Position numbers and translations under genes: made by a program. Below are positions 52,797 through 64,000 of a stretch of DNA of 64,000 nt, in pieces. The notes beneath the pieces are model-generated. The model had not been told where the DNA came from. It saw only the letters and a list, made by a program, of their open reading frames with translations, and did no database searches. The first letter of the stretch is position 1; the number at the start of each line of letters is the position of its first letter. The stretch is from the human T2T-CHM13v2.0 reference genome, Homo sapiens: assembly GCF_009914755.1 (NCBI RefSeq), contig NC_060938.1. One strand, 5' to 3'.

Positions 52797-53557
52797 TGAA
52801 ACTGTCTTTGCAAAATTATGACGGTGAGAGAAATCTAACATAACTGACTCCATCTTGCTTCTAACTTCACAAGCTAAGCCTTTGCTCATTCTAAGCTAAC
52901 TATGGGAGGAATTTTGTTTATAATTTAACTTTAAGACAAAGATGATAGCAGTTCCTTCCTGAAAGTAACCCCCACCTTACTCGGGGACCAAAATCACCTT
53001 TTTAAAACTAATGAAAGTCCACAAGGTTACAATTGTGATAGGAACCTGAATTCTGCTAAGATGTAGGTATAAACCCTAACCAGTCATTGTTTTATAACTT
53101 GCTTTTTAAAAATTACTTACTACTCAGGAGTGATGTAGCCACAAAATTTATAACTTCACCAATTGCCCCTATGGAGAACATTGCTATTGTAAAACCAAAG
53201 ACTGGTGTTTGAGATATGTTTCAGATCTTCAATTCTGTATGAACCAACTGGCACCACCCAGACCAGTAACCCACACTCAGGAACTAACTCAGCACAAGAC
53301 AGGGTCGATCCCCTATGATTTCATCTCCAACCCAGCCAACAAATATTCCCCATTCCCTAGTCCCCTGCTTGCTAAACTAGCCTTGAAAAACCCTAGTCCC
53401 CAAATTCTCAGGGAGGCAGATTTGAGAATTATCTCCCATCATGCTATTTGGCTGGCCTGCAATAATTAAATCTTTCCTTGCTGTGAACACTCTTGCTGCC
53501 CTCAGTGCATTGGCTTTTCTGGGCAGTGGGCAAGAAGAACCTGCCTGGGCAATTACA
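52797..53557 (+). mobile_element. LTR8-family (ERV1) solo LTR
   Basis: TGAAACTGTCTTTGCAAAATTATGAC...GACTCCATCTTGCTTCTAAC start and GGGCAGTGGGCAAG...GGGCAATTACA end. Confidence 0.85.
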
Positions 53558-53584
53558 ATCATACCTGTTTAAGACAAATCCCAG

Positions 53585-53745
53585 GGCTGGGTGCAGTGGC
53601 TTACACCTGTAATACCAAAACTTCGGGAGGCCAAGGAGGAAGGATTGCTTGAGCCCAGGAGGTTGAGGCTGCAAGCGAACCATGTTTATGCCACTGCACT
53701 CCAGCCTGGGCAACAGAGTGAGACCCCGTCTCTCAATCAATCAAT
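53585..53745 (+). mobile_element. Monomeric Alu (FRAM-like or left/right hybrid) with TSD CAAATCCCAG and (TCAA)n tail
   Basis: ~150 bp single monomer. TSD at 53575-53584 and 53746-53755. Confidence 0.88.
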
Positions 53746-56386
53746 CAAATCCCAGGTACATTTTAAGATACTCCCATAACCAAAAACGTAGGGCTGAAGA
53801 ATAATATGCAAATAAAAAAATAGTCTCAAAACTGAAGTGAAAGTAAAAATGTGGAAAGAAGAAAGCCTTTGAATACAATATGTTGGCATAATTTATTATT
53901 TCCTCTCTCTAATCGTGTTTGGAAAAGAAGTTATCTAAATCCCAGGCAAATAGATATTGGAACTCTGGAATTTCTATGTAAATAATACCCATTTGCTATA
54001 GAGTTCTTTAATGAAGAACTTACTTTTACAAAATTATGGACAATATTAACATTACCAGAAATAATCTCCAATACAATCTTTAGCAATTTAGCAGTTAACT
54101 TCATCTCATCAAAACATGTTCAGACTTGGACCTTCTATTTTTGCATTTTCTTATTTTAGTTTCAAGAAAATTCTTAAGTGATTTCTTTTGTTTTTAGTGC
54201 CTAATTTTAAAACATCATGCTCTTGGGTGAGACATAACATGTCCATGTATGAAATTAAGCATAGAAAGAAGGGTTAAATTATAATAGCTTTTTGGAGTAA
54301 AGAATGAAGAGGGCAAACGTGATGAGGAAAAAGAGACTGTCAGTAATTGCAATGCACACACAAGGGAGAGCAGGCACAGTGAACATTTCAGGGACAAGAT
54401 GGAAAGTGTACTCTGCACAGAGACTCTATACTGTGAAAAGAGGGAGAATCAATTTATGGGCCAAGAAAGACCTGGACAAAATTATACATTTTGAAGGAAA
54501 TCACTTGTGCTGAAGCAATGAAAACTTTCTGGAGAGCTATTTGAGGAGGCAGATGTTTAGGTAATATATTGCTGCTTTGCATTTCTATAACACCTTCCAT
54601 GTAAGAGCTGCAGAGTGTAACACAAACATTAACTAATAAATTAAGCCTCGTGGCACCTCTGCATGATCGATAGACATAACAGCCATTTTTATAGTGTAGG
54701 AAAGGCAGCACCCTGCTCAAAAGTGCTGAAGTCATTTACCCAAGGTCATGAAGCGGGGGGGGGAAATTGGCAAAGTGTTTCAAAATGGAGCGTTGCGTCT
54801 CGCCACACTCACACAACCTGCCTCCTTCAATGGGGTCATAGAAGGAAAGAATGGGGTGCCATGTATGCCCTGGTTTCCAATGATTCACTTCAGGAGATAT
54901 ATCTGTAATGTAACTTGAAGATGGTTTGGAAATAGTAAGTCTTAGATCAAAGGCTTAACTCCTTTCTCTCTGGTTTACTCGGGAATTAATTTGTTTGCTA
55001 ATGCTGGTGTCTCCTGGGATCACACTGGCCTTTAGCTGTAGAGTTTTGTGTTCATGTTACTTAATCTGATTATGCAAAGGACTTAAAATATTTCAAGAAT
55101 ATCAAACAACACAAACATGTCTATGTAGGCATTAATGTAATTATTTTGTTATTTTAGTTTCTAAAAAACTCATAAAATTGCAATTGAAAATAGTGTGCCA
55201 ACTTTACAAAAGATAATGCCAAGTCCGTAACAGAATCTCTTTATTTATTTTTTTCACTTTGGTCAGACATCACTATATATCTTCCTAAATGCAACTCCTC
55301 TCCATTATCAACCTTGGCTTGGTAATAGCCTGTTCCATAGTAACATTGTCTTTTATTCCTCTTTCTCTCTGATAACCACGTATTTTCTCCATTAGAAGAA
55401 TTGGCAGAGAGAAAACAAAGTAAGGAAATCAAATATAAATTCCCAGTGCTCCTAATATCTCTTGGAAAGAAAATGGACACCTCTGTTAACAAAGTTATGA
55501 TGATTTCTACCTCGGTACACATTTTCGAACTTCTCAGAGAGGAACCAGCTCACCTGTAAGTCACTCATGTTCTCAATTTCCATTTTTTTTTTCTATAGCA
55601 AGAAAAAGAAGACCTTTTTTTTTTTCATTGAAGCAAGGCATAAGGCACTTGTCACTGTTTAACATTCAGCCTCATTTCTTTTCCAGAGCGGTCCTTTGAG
55701 AGCATTAGCACTCACACCCCATACAACTAGAACTCATGACACTGGCAAATGGTGTTTCTAGAGTGCTTTGCATTGCCCGACATGTTCTCACCCTGTTTTC
55801 TCCCCAATCCTTACAATTCTCCAAATGCAAGTGCAAACTGGGGTGCTGTCAAGCAGCCTGGTGCTTAAAGGGCAGAGCCAGGATGGACCCAGATTCTGGT
55901 TTCCACCATGTGCCTGATGGATACCATGCGGATGTGGAGCAGGAAACACTGGGTGCAAATCCCCACCAGGAACTGTTCATCCTGAAAAAAACCTGCTGCA
56001 CATTGCCCTGGTCACCTCAACGAAAAGTGAGTGCTTATCCTAATGGGGGTGTGTGCACATCTAGAGGACAAGGGCAGTGAATGTTCATCATTTAGGAGAA
56101 AATAAACCCACCCCAAATGATTCCAATACAGGCTTCTGGGATTCTGATTTCAGCCTTTTGGTTGAAATCCTCAGAGATAATGTAGCTTTTTTAAAAGCAT
56201 AGTTTGTCTTAGAGTTAGGATGTAAATAGGCTTTGGTACACAGCTCATTTCTGACACCTGTGGGCAAATCATCAGGGAAAAAGGAGAGGAGGTGAAGAAG
56301 AAGTAAACAGAAACACCCCATTGGTCAACCCACAGCCAGAGATGCTGCTGCTACACAGACATTTTGGGTTTGGGCGCTTCTGGGCT

Positions 56387-56733
56387 TGTATTAGTCCGTT
56401 TTCACGTTGCTGATAAAGACATACCCGAGACTGGGAAGAAAAAGAAGTTTAAGGGACTTACAGTTCTACATGGCTGGGAAAGCCTCACAGTCATGGCAGA
56501 AGGCAAGGAGGAGCAAGTCACGTCTTACATGGATGGCAGCAGGCAAAGAGAGAGCGAGCTTGTGCAGGGAAACTCCGTCTTATAAAGCCATTGGATCTCT
56601 TGAGACTTATTCATTGTCACGAGAACAGCACAGGAAAGACCTACCCCCATGATTCAGTTACCTCCCACCAGGTCGCTCCCACATGTGGGAATTCAAGATG
56701 AGATTTGGGTGGGGACACAGCCAAACCATACCA
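56387..56733 (-). mobile_element. THE1A solo LTR with perfect 5-bp TSD GGGCT
   Basis: TGTATTAGTCCGTTTTCACG...CAGCCAAACCATACCA. GGGCT at 56382-56386 and 56734-56738. Confidence 0.92.
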
Positions 56734-57314
56734 GGGCTCCACAATTTCTTCAGAACTGTCTTGAGTATCAAGGTTGATAAACTCAAAGAAAGAGATGAAG
56801 ACTTTATGCTAGGAGAAAAACCACCCCCTCACCTGCCCTCCCAAGTGGGAATGAGGTTGCTTCTCAGCATGGGGCTCTGTGGTTTGGAGCCTGGGTCCTA
56901 GTCAGCTCTTTCTTGTCTCACTCTGGAGGAATAGCCCAGGGTCCACTAGATAATGTCTCTGCTGCTGGCATCTCATTAGTAAGGCTCTTAGGGAAAAGAC
57001 AGACTCTTCTTTGGGAATTCCTACTGCAACCTTTGAAGAAGCCATAACAAAAAGAGAGAGAGCATGAAATCAGTCCTTCTAATCTTCCAGGGGATTTGGA
57101 TTTTGTGATAGAATAGAAAACTATTTCCCAATTACCCAAGCCCCTGTTTGACTGAAAATGGGCAAGATCAAACGGTTTTGCCACAACAGAGGAAGATTTG
57201 TGGCTACCAATTCAGCTAAGATTCTCATTTTGCTAAAAACAAAACAAAACAAAACACAGTTGAAATTCTATTTTGAACTTGATTTCAACTATTATTTGAC
57301 AATGTGGGAGTAAT

Positions 57315-57678
57315 TATTTGTTTTCTGTTTGTATTAACATTGCAAACCACAGAAACTAACATAGAATAACTTAGGTTGAAAAAAAGTTACCAGAAGGATT
57401 TTATTGCAGAATTAACATGAGAGCTGGAAAAAAAAAAAAAAAAACAGGAGAAAGGGCAAGAACCAGAGGAAATGACACAACAGAGCCATCCACAGCTGGC
57501 TTAACCTGCATCTTAGTCCCTCCCTCAAGATGTAGCATCCTAGGCATATGCATTCTCTTAGATCTGCCTCAGTCAGTTTATTCCCCAAATGCCACCCTCA
57601 GCTTCATCTTGAGATTCCTCCAGAGTAGAAAGGGTGTTCAGATGCCAGGCAGCCAAGCATCACAAATGTCTACTGCAA
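57315..57678 (-). mobile_element. Old MLT1-type LTR
   Basis: TTGCAAACCACAGAAACTAAC and GGCAGCCAAGCATCACAAATGTCTACTGCA. Confidence 0.5.
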
Positions 57679-57749
57679 CACTTCACACTTTCGTCTACCT
57701 AAAAAACTTCTGCCATACTCTGAAACTCATTCTCATCAGTCAATATCTT

Positions 57750-57860
57750 TTTTTCTCTCTCCCTCCCTCACTTGCTCCACCCCCTCTCTCTCTTCCTCTC
57801 CCTCTCCCTCCTTTCCTCCCTTTCAGTGCTGTCTTACCCTTCTTTCCCACTTCCCCTCCC
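57750..57860. repeat. CT-rich low-complexity polypyrimidine tract
   Basis: Direct reading. Confidence 0.8.
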
Positions 57861-57868
57861 TAGCACCC

Positions 57869-58287
57869 TGATATAGTTTGGATGTGTGTCCCTGCCCAAA
57901 TCTCATGTTGAATTGTAATCCCCAGTATTGGAGGTGGGGCCTGGTGGGAGGTGATTGGATCATGGGGGTGGGTTTCTTATGAATGGTTTAGCACCATCCC
58001 CTTGGTACTGTCCTTGCAATAGAGTGAGTCCTCATGAAATGTGATTGTTTAAACGTGTGTGGCACCTCCCCGCTCCCTCTCTTGCTTCTGCTCTGACCAC
58101 GTGACATGCCTGCTCCTCCTTCACCTTCTGCCATGATTGTAAGTCTCCTGAGGCTTCCGAGAAGCCAAGCAGATGCCAGCATCATGCTTCCTGTATAGGC
58201 TGCAGAACTGGGAGCCAATTAAACCTGTTTTCTTTATAAATTACCCAGTCTCAGGTATTTCTTTATAGCAATGCAAGAACAGCCTAA
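57869..58287 (+). mobile_element. MSTA solo LTR with TSD CACCC
   Basis: TGATATAGTTTGGATGTGTGTCCCTGCCCAAATCTCATG...AATTAAACC...CTAA. CACCC on both sides. Confidence 0.9.
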
Positions 58288-58329
58288 CACCCTCTACCAT
58301 ATCACTCTTATAAAAAACCTTGATAATAG

Positions 58330-58450
58330 CATTTTTATTATGATAAGATATATATAACCTGCAGTTTATGATTACTGCCTTTTTTAAGTGTAGAATTCAG
58401 TGCCATTAAGTACGTTCACAATGTTTTGTAGCCATTAACACTTTCTATAG
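58330..58450 (-). mobile_element. L1MB 3' fragment
   Basis: TTTTAAGTGTAGAATTCAGTGCCATTAAGTACGTTCACAATGTT. Confidence 0.7.
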
Positions 58451-61400
58451 CAAGCTAATTTCAGTGAAGGCTTTCCTCTGATGAATGTGGTCTGAGGGGA
58501 TTAGAGGTAATTTTGTAGAAACTAAGATGGAAACTGATCCATTATCAGGGAAGGTGCCTGGCATGAAAAGGCACATTATCATGCCTTGTTGTAGAAGGCA
58601 ACATATGCCATTTATAGAATAGAACCACTTTTATTACTGCTATGGCTCATCAGCACATAGCTGTTGGTTTGTATTGAAAAGTAGACTGCTCCCAGGTAGA
58701 ACCCTTTGGTTCAAGCATGGCCAGTTGATTTAGCATTGATATCCCTATCCAGGCCTCATTAGTTGCTTCATAAATAATTCTCCAGTGCAAAGTTAGGAAG
58801 TTAAGTAAATTCCTAATAAATGAAATAGAATCCAGTGTAACTCCAGTAAACACTGGAATTGTCTAGATAACTAAAACATTAATTATTTACTTTGTTTGCT
58901 AATGTGTTATCTGTATCTACATTCTAAACATATTCATCACGCTTACACATCATCTAAAAAGAGAACCCTTCTCTGGCCCTCACTTTGTCACAACTCTGCC
59001 ATCACTGACTTTTCATAAGACCCCCAACCACCAGTGTTCCCGGGCAGGGGAAAAGTTGCCTCCACTGAAAATAACATAACTCAGCACCGTTGACAACACC
59101 CATGCAATTGATTCTATTATTCCTCATCGTTTGGAATTTTAAAAGCTAAGTGACATAAATCCCTGCCACTAATAATGTCCTCACGATTATTATGGTCGTT
59201 CGCATTTCCTGACCATATTAGGCAACTTACCTGCTTAGGAAGTAGATTTTATAATCTATCGGTTTTCATACAAATATTTTAAACAGAGAAACCGGAACAG
59301 GTGTGAGAGTGGGGATGACAGTCTTAGAGAACCTGGATTCAATGCCATCTAAATAAGGTGAGAGAGAAAGCAAAGAGTTACAAAAAAGCCTGAAAAGTTT
59401 TCATCAATTGTGTCGTTGTTGACAGATGGGTCAAAATCAAAGTTGATGATCAGTCATATGATCTTCAGCAGCCCTGGAAGGGTGTGAGTTCTCGGCATCC
59501 CATGCAGGAGCTCTGAATGTACAAGAGGTGCTGAGGAGGGAGCATGCGCCGGTGCGTGAGTATGGTTCATGTCGCCCCTCAGGGTTGGAGGGTGGTAATT
59601 GACCTGTGACACTGGGTTGAAGCTGGGCTCTAACCTAAGGATTAAACAGAATCCTGCCCCGGGGGAAGCACCCGCCTTCTGCCATTGAGAAGTAACAATT
59701 AGGCTTCTCCTTGGAGCTCACTGTTCGATGATAGTGTCATCTCCCAGCATTCTAGTCCCATTTCCTCCTGTGCTGAGAATCAGCTATAGAGTGGAATTGG
59801 CAATTTTAGGGAGCCTTGAAATGTGAATCTTTTTTGTCTTTTTACTGTTTTTCATCCACATGGTGAATAGCTGGTAAACAAACTCACAGAGAGCCTAAGT
59901 TACAGATGAACTCAATTTCTGGTGCTGTTATCTCCCCAAATTGCTTGTCTTCTCCTTTCAAGGTTTTCACTCAGAAAGGTACAGAATTACCACTTGATGA
60001 GTTACCATGGCAACCCCTATACATTATCTTTTAAATATCCCAGACATGCAGAGTCTAATTTGACTGCAGGGATTTTAATTCATGACTTCTATGTTTTGTA
60101 TAGTACCATGTTTTTAAAGTTAATGAATTATAAACAGAAAAACATAGTTAAATTGGCTTTGATTAAAAGATAGCTTATTTAGCAATGCTGCTTCCATATA
60201 TGTTCCTCAAACAACAGAACATTATTTCAACCTATTTCAAATCTATACCACTGAGAGACTGCTGCACACTTCTGCAATAGGCTGTGATCCTGGGAACCTG
60301 GGATGGGAACTTCATTATTAGTAGAATCTAGTAGAGTTGGCCTTGCTATGTTGGTGTCTGAGGCTGGCTCTTTCTGGTTGTCTCAGGATGCCATCAGTGA
60401 TTAGTAAATAATAAATTATACCAAGAAAGAAGCTCGTTTGAATGTTTAGTATGCCTTGCAAGGGAAATTAGGGACAACGAATAGACCTCTTCTATTCTCT
60501 TTGCACTTGATTTGCAAAAATATTTGTTTATTAAATGAGTTATTACATGGACAGCAGTTAGAACAGTGCCTGGCACTTTGTAACCAGTCAGTGAGTTTCA
60601 TCATCATTGTTTGCATTTTTACAATGATTCCCAGTACAAAAGCCTTCAGCATCTTGGGCTCCTCAACACGCTGGGCTTGCATGATCCTCATCACACTGTT
60701 TATCTTACTCTTGACTACTGCTGTAAGCCCTGGATTGAAGTGTTCCACATGCCCTCTCACCATTATGTTTGGATGATTTTAAAGAGATTTCTGTTTCAAA
60801 GAAATGTAGGAAGAAGAATTTCACAGCCTCTTGGGTTGCAATCTTATTTGGTGGTTAAGGTGAATATAACTTAGATTGTGTATATCATTATTAGGGGAAT
60901 CTTCACTAACCTACAGAAGCAGTAAAGAAGTTGTATCACACTGTCTTGAGCTTCTCAAGTTTATTTCTGGTGCTCTCCAGAGCCACTGGCATCTGTTTCA
61001 ATGCCCTTCACCCAAAAATGGTTTGGAATGGACACGCACATTATGGACGGTGTAGATGGCATGGTGGGAAGGAAGGGCTTTTTACTGAAAGATCAGGCGA
61101 TTCTGAGAGGGACATTAGAGTCTGGGAGAAATAAAAGTTGAAACAACCAACAATCCACTTAGCTGTCTTCCTGCAGCATAAATAGGAAGAACCACCTAAA
61201 CACAGATACCTACGACACCTGTTTTCCTGGGGGTATGTCCCGCCATCCCTCTCTGCTCGCTGGCTCCTAGCACCTCCTCCACCCCTGATGCCTCACAAAC
61301 AGCCTAGCCCCTTCCCTCAGAAAGCTCTACCCCTCCCCAAAAGAAGAGAAGAGTAACCTGAACATTTTCCTCCACCTTGCAATTTGAGTAATGCCTCAGC

Positions 61401-64000
61401 TCTTCAACCAATCTTTGCCGATATTTTCCTCTTCTTGAGTGTCGTAATCTCTGGAGGAAGATAATGATGGCTCCAAAGAATTAGATAAACTGGGGCATCC
61501 CAGTCTCAGACCATTCTCCACTCCTAAGAGAGCTTGCAACTGACGTAAACCTTAATATTTTTTCTTAGAGTCACTAACCCAATTTCGTCTCAAAGAAAGA
61601 ATATCTATTCTGTTGTCATGACTTTGGTCTTTTTCTTCTGATAAAACATGCCCCGCCACCTGACCCTTTTCTGCCCCTGAGCCCTGCTGCCTCTTTAGAG
61701 AAACACTTAGTTGTCAATGGTTGTTCTCCTTGTTTTCTGTGTGGGATGAGTCTTGCAGTTATGTGCCACTTTTTTCAAGGATTGTGTCGTGTAGGGGGAC
61801 ATGGTGTCGGGGAGGGGTGGTGGAAGGATTCAAGAAGGGATTGCCAATTCCATCATAGGGCTAGAAAGAACAATAATTCTCCTGGTCTCTAGTTGAGAGC
61901 AAGGGGAGGTTTGTGGACTCTGTGAGGGAGACAATGGGGCACTCTGCGCATAAAGGACTATGCACACCACATGACAGGTGCTCAACGAATCTTTCCTCTT
62001 GAAATTTAACTACCTTCTTGATATTTCATTGCTCCTTAGTTCCTCCAGAAAAGAGAGTAGAAAAAACAAAAGGGGTGATAATATGATTTTTCACTGACTT
62101 TTTAAAGCAATGGGATGTTTATTTTATTAAAGACTTTTGATACATACTAATGGCTTTAAGCATGGTAATGAATATAATGCATTTTAAATCTTCCTTACTC
62201 TTCTGCCTGCCTTCATCTTGGACAGAATGATTTTTACCCTAATTAGGGAACATGAGGTGATAGAGAAAGCTACAAAGTGTCACTTGCTCATATATAAAGG
62301 CTGGATGCATGAGAAGCCCCCCATTTTTTATAAAATGTATTCAGTCTGTGGTCTAATCTATGTCTCAGCAGTTAGCAGAAAGTGTCTCTGATTTGGGCCC
62401 TAAGAAAGACACTGGAAAAAATCCCAAACTTCACTCTCCTAGGATCTTGCAACCAAAGCTGACTATTGGTGGCTACACTGTGTACTAATGGGGTTAGTGC
62501 TACATGCAAATTATGTGGAAAAATAAAGCAAGATGACTCCACAGATTTTTACCCATAACCACAGCTACATCTGCATGGGACAAGGCAAGCCTGCCATGCC
62601 ACCCACCCCCATCTCAGGCCTAAGAGTGATGGAGATGTGTTCAGATGAGAGTCTGTGACTCAGCCTGCCATACCTTCCTCTCCAAGTTCTATTCAACATG
62701 GAAACCAACTGAGGCCAGGGACTTAGGTGTCAGCTCCCTAGTTCAGTGTCAACTTAGAACCAAGCAGCAAAAAGGGTGGGTAGCTCGACGGAGAGATGGA
62801 GTAGCAGATGGAGCTATTTTATTCCTTAATTAACATAACAGCTGTAAGCAATCTCTCCCCACCCCCATAATCTTACCAACAACACTGAGGGGTTCTACCT
62901 GTGTTTATTGGCTGTTTGTGCTGTGTGTTTCCAATAATTGACAACATATGTGATTTTGTTATTCTACACTGAGCTTGCTTCGTCTGCATATTCATTAAAA
63001 AAGAATTTTTAAAATCTTTGTCAGATGTTCTACATCTGAATCATCTTCTAGTATTAAACCACAGCCAAGAACTTTTATATCTTTTATCACATTAATATAA
63101 AGATTCATGGAAATTTGGGGACTTGGTGGTTGAGAATTTTTCTAGTTTCTCCAATTTGTTTACTTTTTAAAGGCAAGCTGTAAATATTGGTGATAACGAT
63201 GTGCTGAATGGAATTATATTTCTATATCCACTTCAGAAAGATTAGACTAATCCAGGAGCCAGAAATCAGTGCAATTACAAACTATCCAATTCTTGGTTGG
63301 AGTTTTGAAGCAAAGTTTTTAAAGAGTAGTTTGTGGTTTAAGTTGCATATTCCCTCTGTAGTTTACTTTGAGCTATTTGAAATGCAGAAGTACATATGTG
63401 TAAGATCATCCGTTATATCACACATAATATATAAAATGCAGATAACTGTGTAAGGCAGCTCACCAAATGGTACTTGGCATGCAATAAGCATTAAATGAAT
63501 ATGAATGAATAAACTAAAGAAAACGTGCTGTCCCTAACAGGGTCGTATCTGATTCCTGTGGCCAAGGAAGTGCAAGAGTCTGTGGGAGGTAATACCAAAT
63601 GTTGCCAAATATGGCCTGGGGAAACAGATCACCAAGATGGACAGTATACTACGATATGTTGAAAATGGTGAAAATATGCTTTATTTACTTGAAAAAAATC
63701 TTATAAATCAGCTGAAATCGGCCACAGAAATATTTCTTGTGTGGATTTTAGCTTTTCCTCTACAAACTCTAAGCTGTAGAATCGAGCCACTCCAGTCTCT
63801 GTTGGGGATAGTCAGGGAGGCTGACTGGCTGGTGTTGAATTTGGTCCCAAGAGCTTCTTCATCATCCTCCTTCAGCTTGAATATCAGTAAGGCAAAAATA
63901 AGCTACATGTAATGTGGGCATCAGGAAGGTGAAAGAGTGGTTTACAATTGCAGACAGCAGTCTCCAGACATTAAAAGATGAGGGAAGGGTGTAGGAATGG

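Larger units (their letters stand above)
52275..53770 (+). mobile_element. ERVL-class LTR (MER54/73/74-like) whose 3' end is interrupted by LTR8 and an Alu monomer
   Basis: GGAGGGACTGCCCCTCCAGGGGTTAGCTAATTTTTAGAGATAGC, CCAATC box, AGTAATAAACTC polyA. Confidence 0.6.

Noticed and set aside
57417-57863. 148-aa ORF
   Set aside because: Made of an A-run, old LTR sequence and a CT-rich low-complexity tract that lacks stop codons.

Overview
This is primate (human-like) genomic DNA, not prokaryotic. It holds the 3' part of PELI2 (Pellino-2, E3 ubiquitin ligase) on the + strand: the distal part of the long intron 2, four coding exons (17594-17695, 26355-26552, 28187-28375, 34523-35089) and a ~4.35 kb 3' UTR that most likely ends near 39450. 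These exons encode the FHA core and the C-terminal CHC2CHC2 RING-like domain. The remaining ~24.5 kb is intergenic and rich in solo LTRs (MLT1, MST, THE1, LTR8). Most other ORFs in the track are Alu/L1/MER/LTR translations or antisense shadows. I find no new protein-coding system. The best candidate for something undescribed is a tandem AG|GT splice-site module at 6601-6659. It has the layout of a recursive splice site plus a 30-nt poison microexon that ends in an in-frame TAG. Also of note are an inverted pair of full-length MER1A elements, a diverged ~150-200 bp intronic duplication, a Tigger fossil that keeps transposase HTH sequence, and several nested or rearranged transposons. Repeat family names come from remembered consensus sequences, not from a RepeatMasker run.
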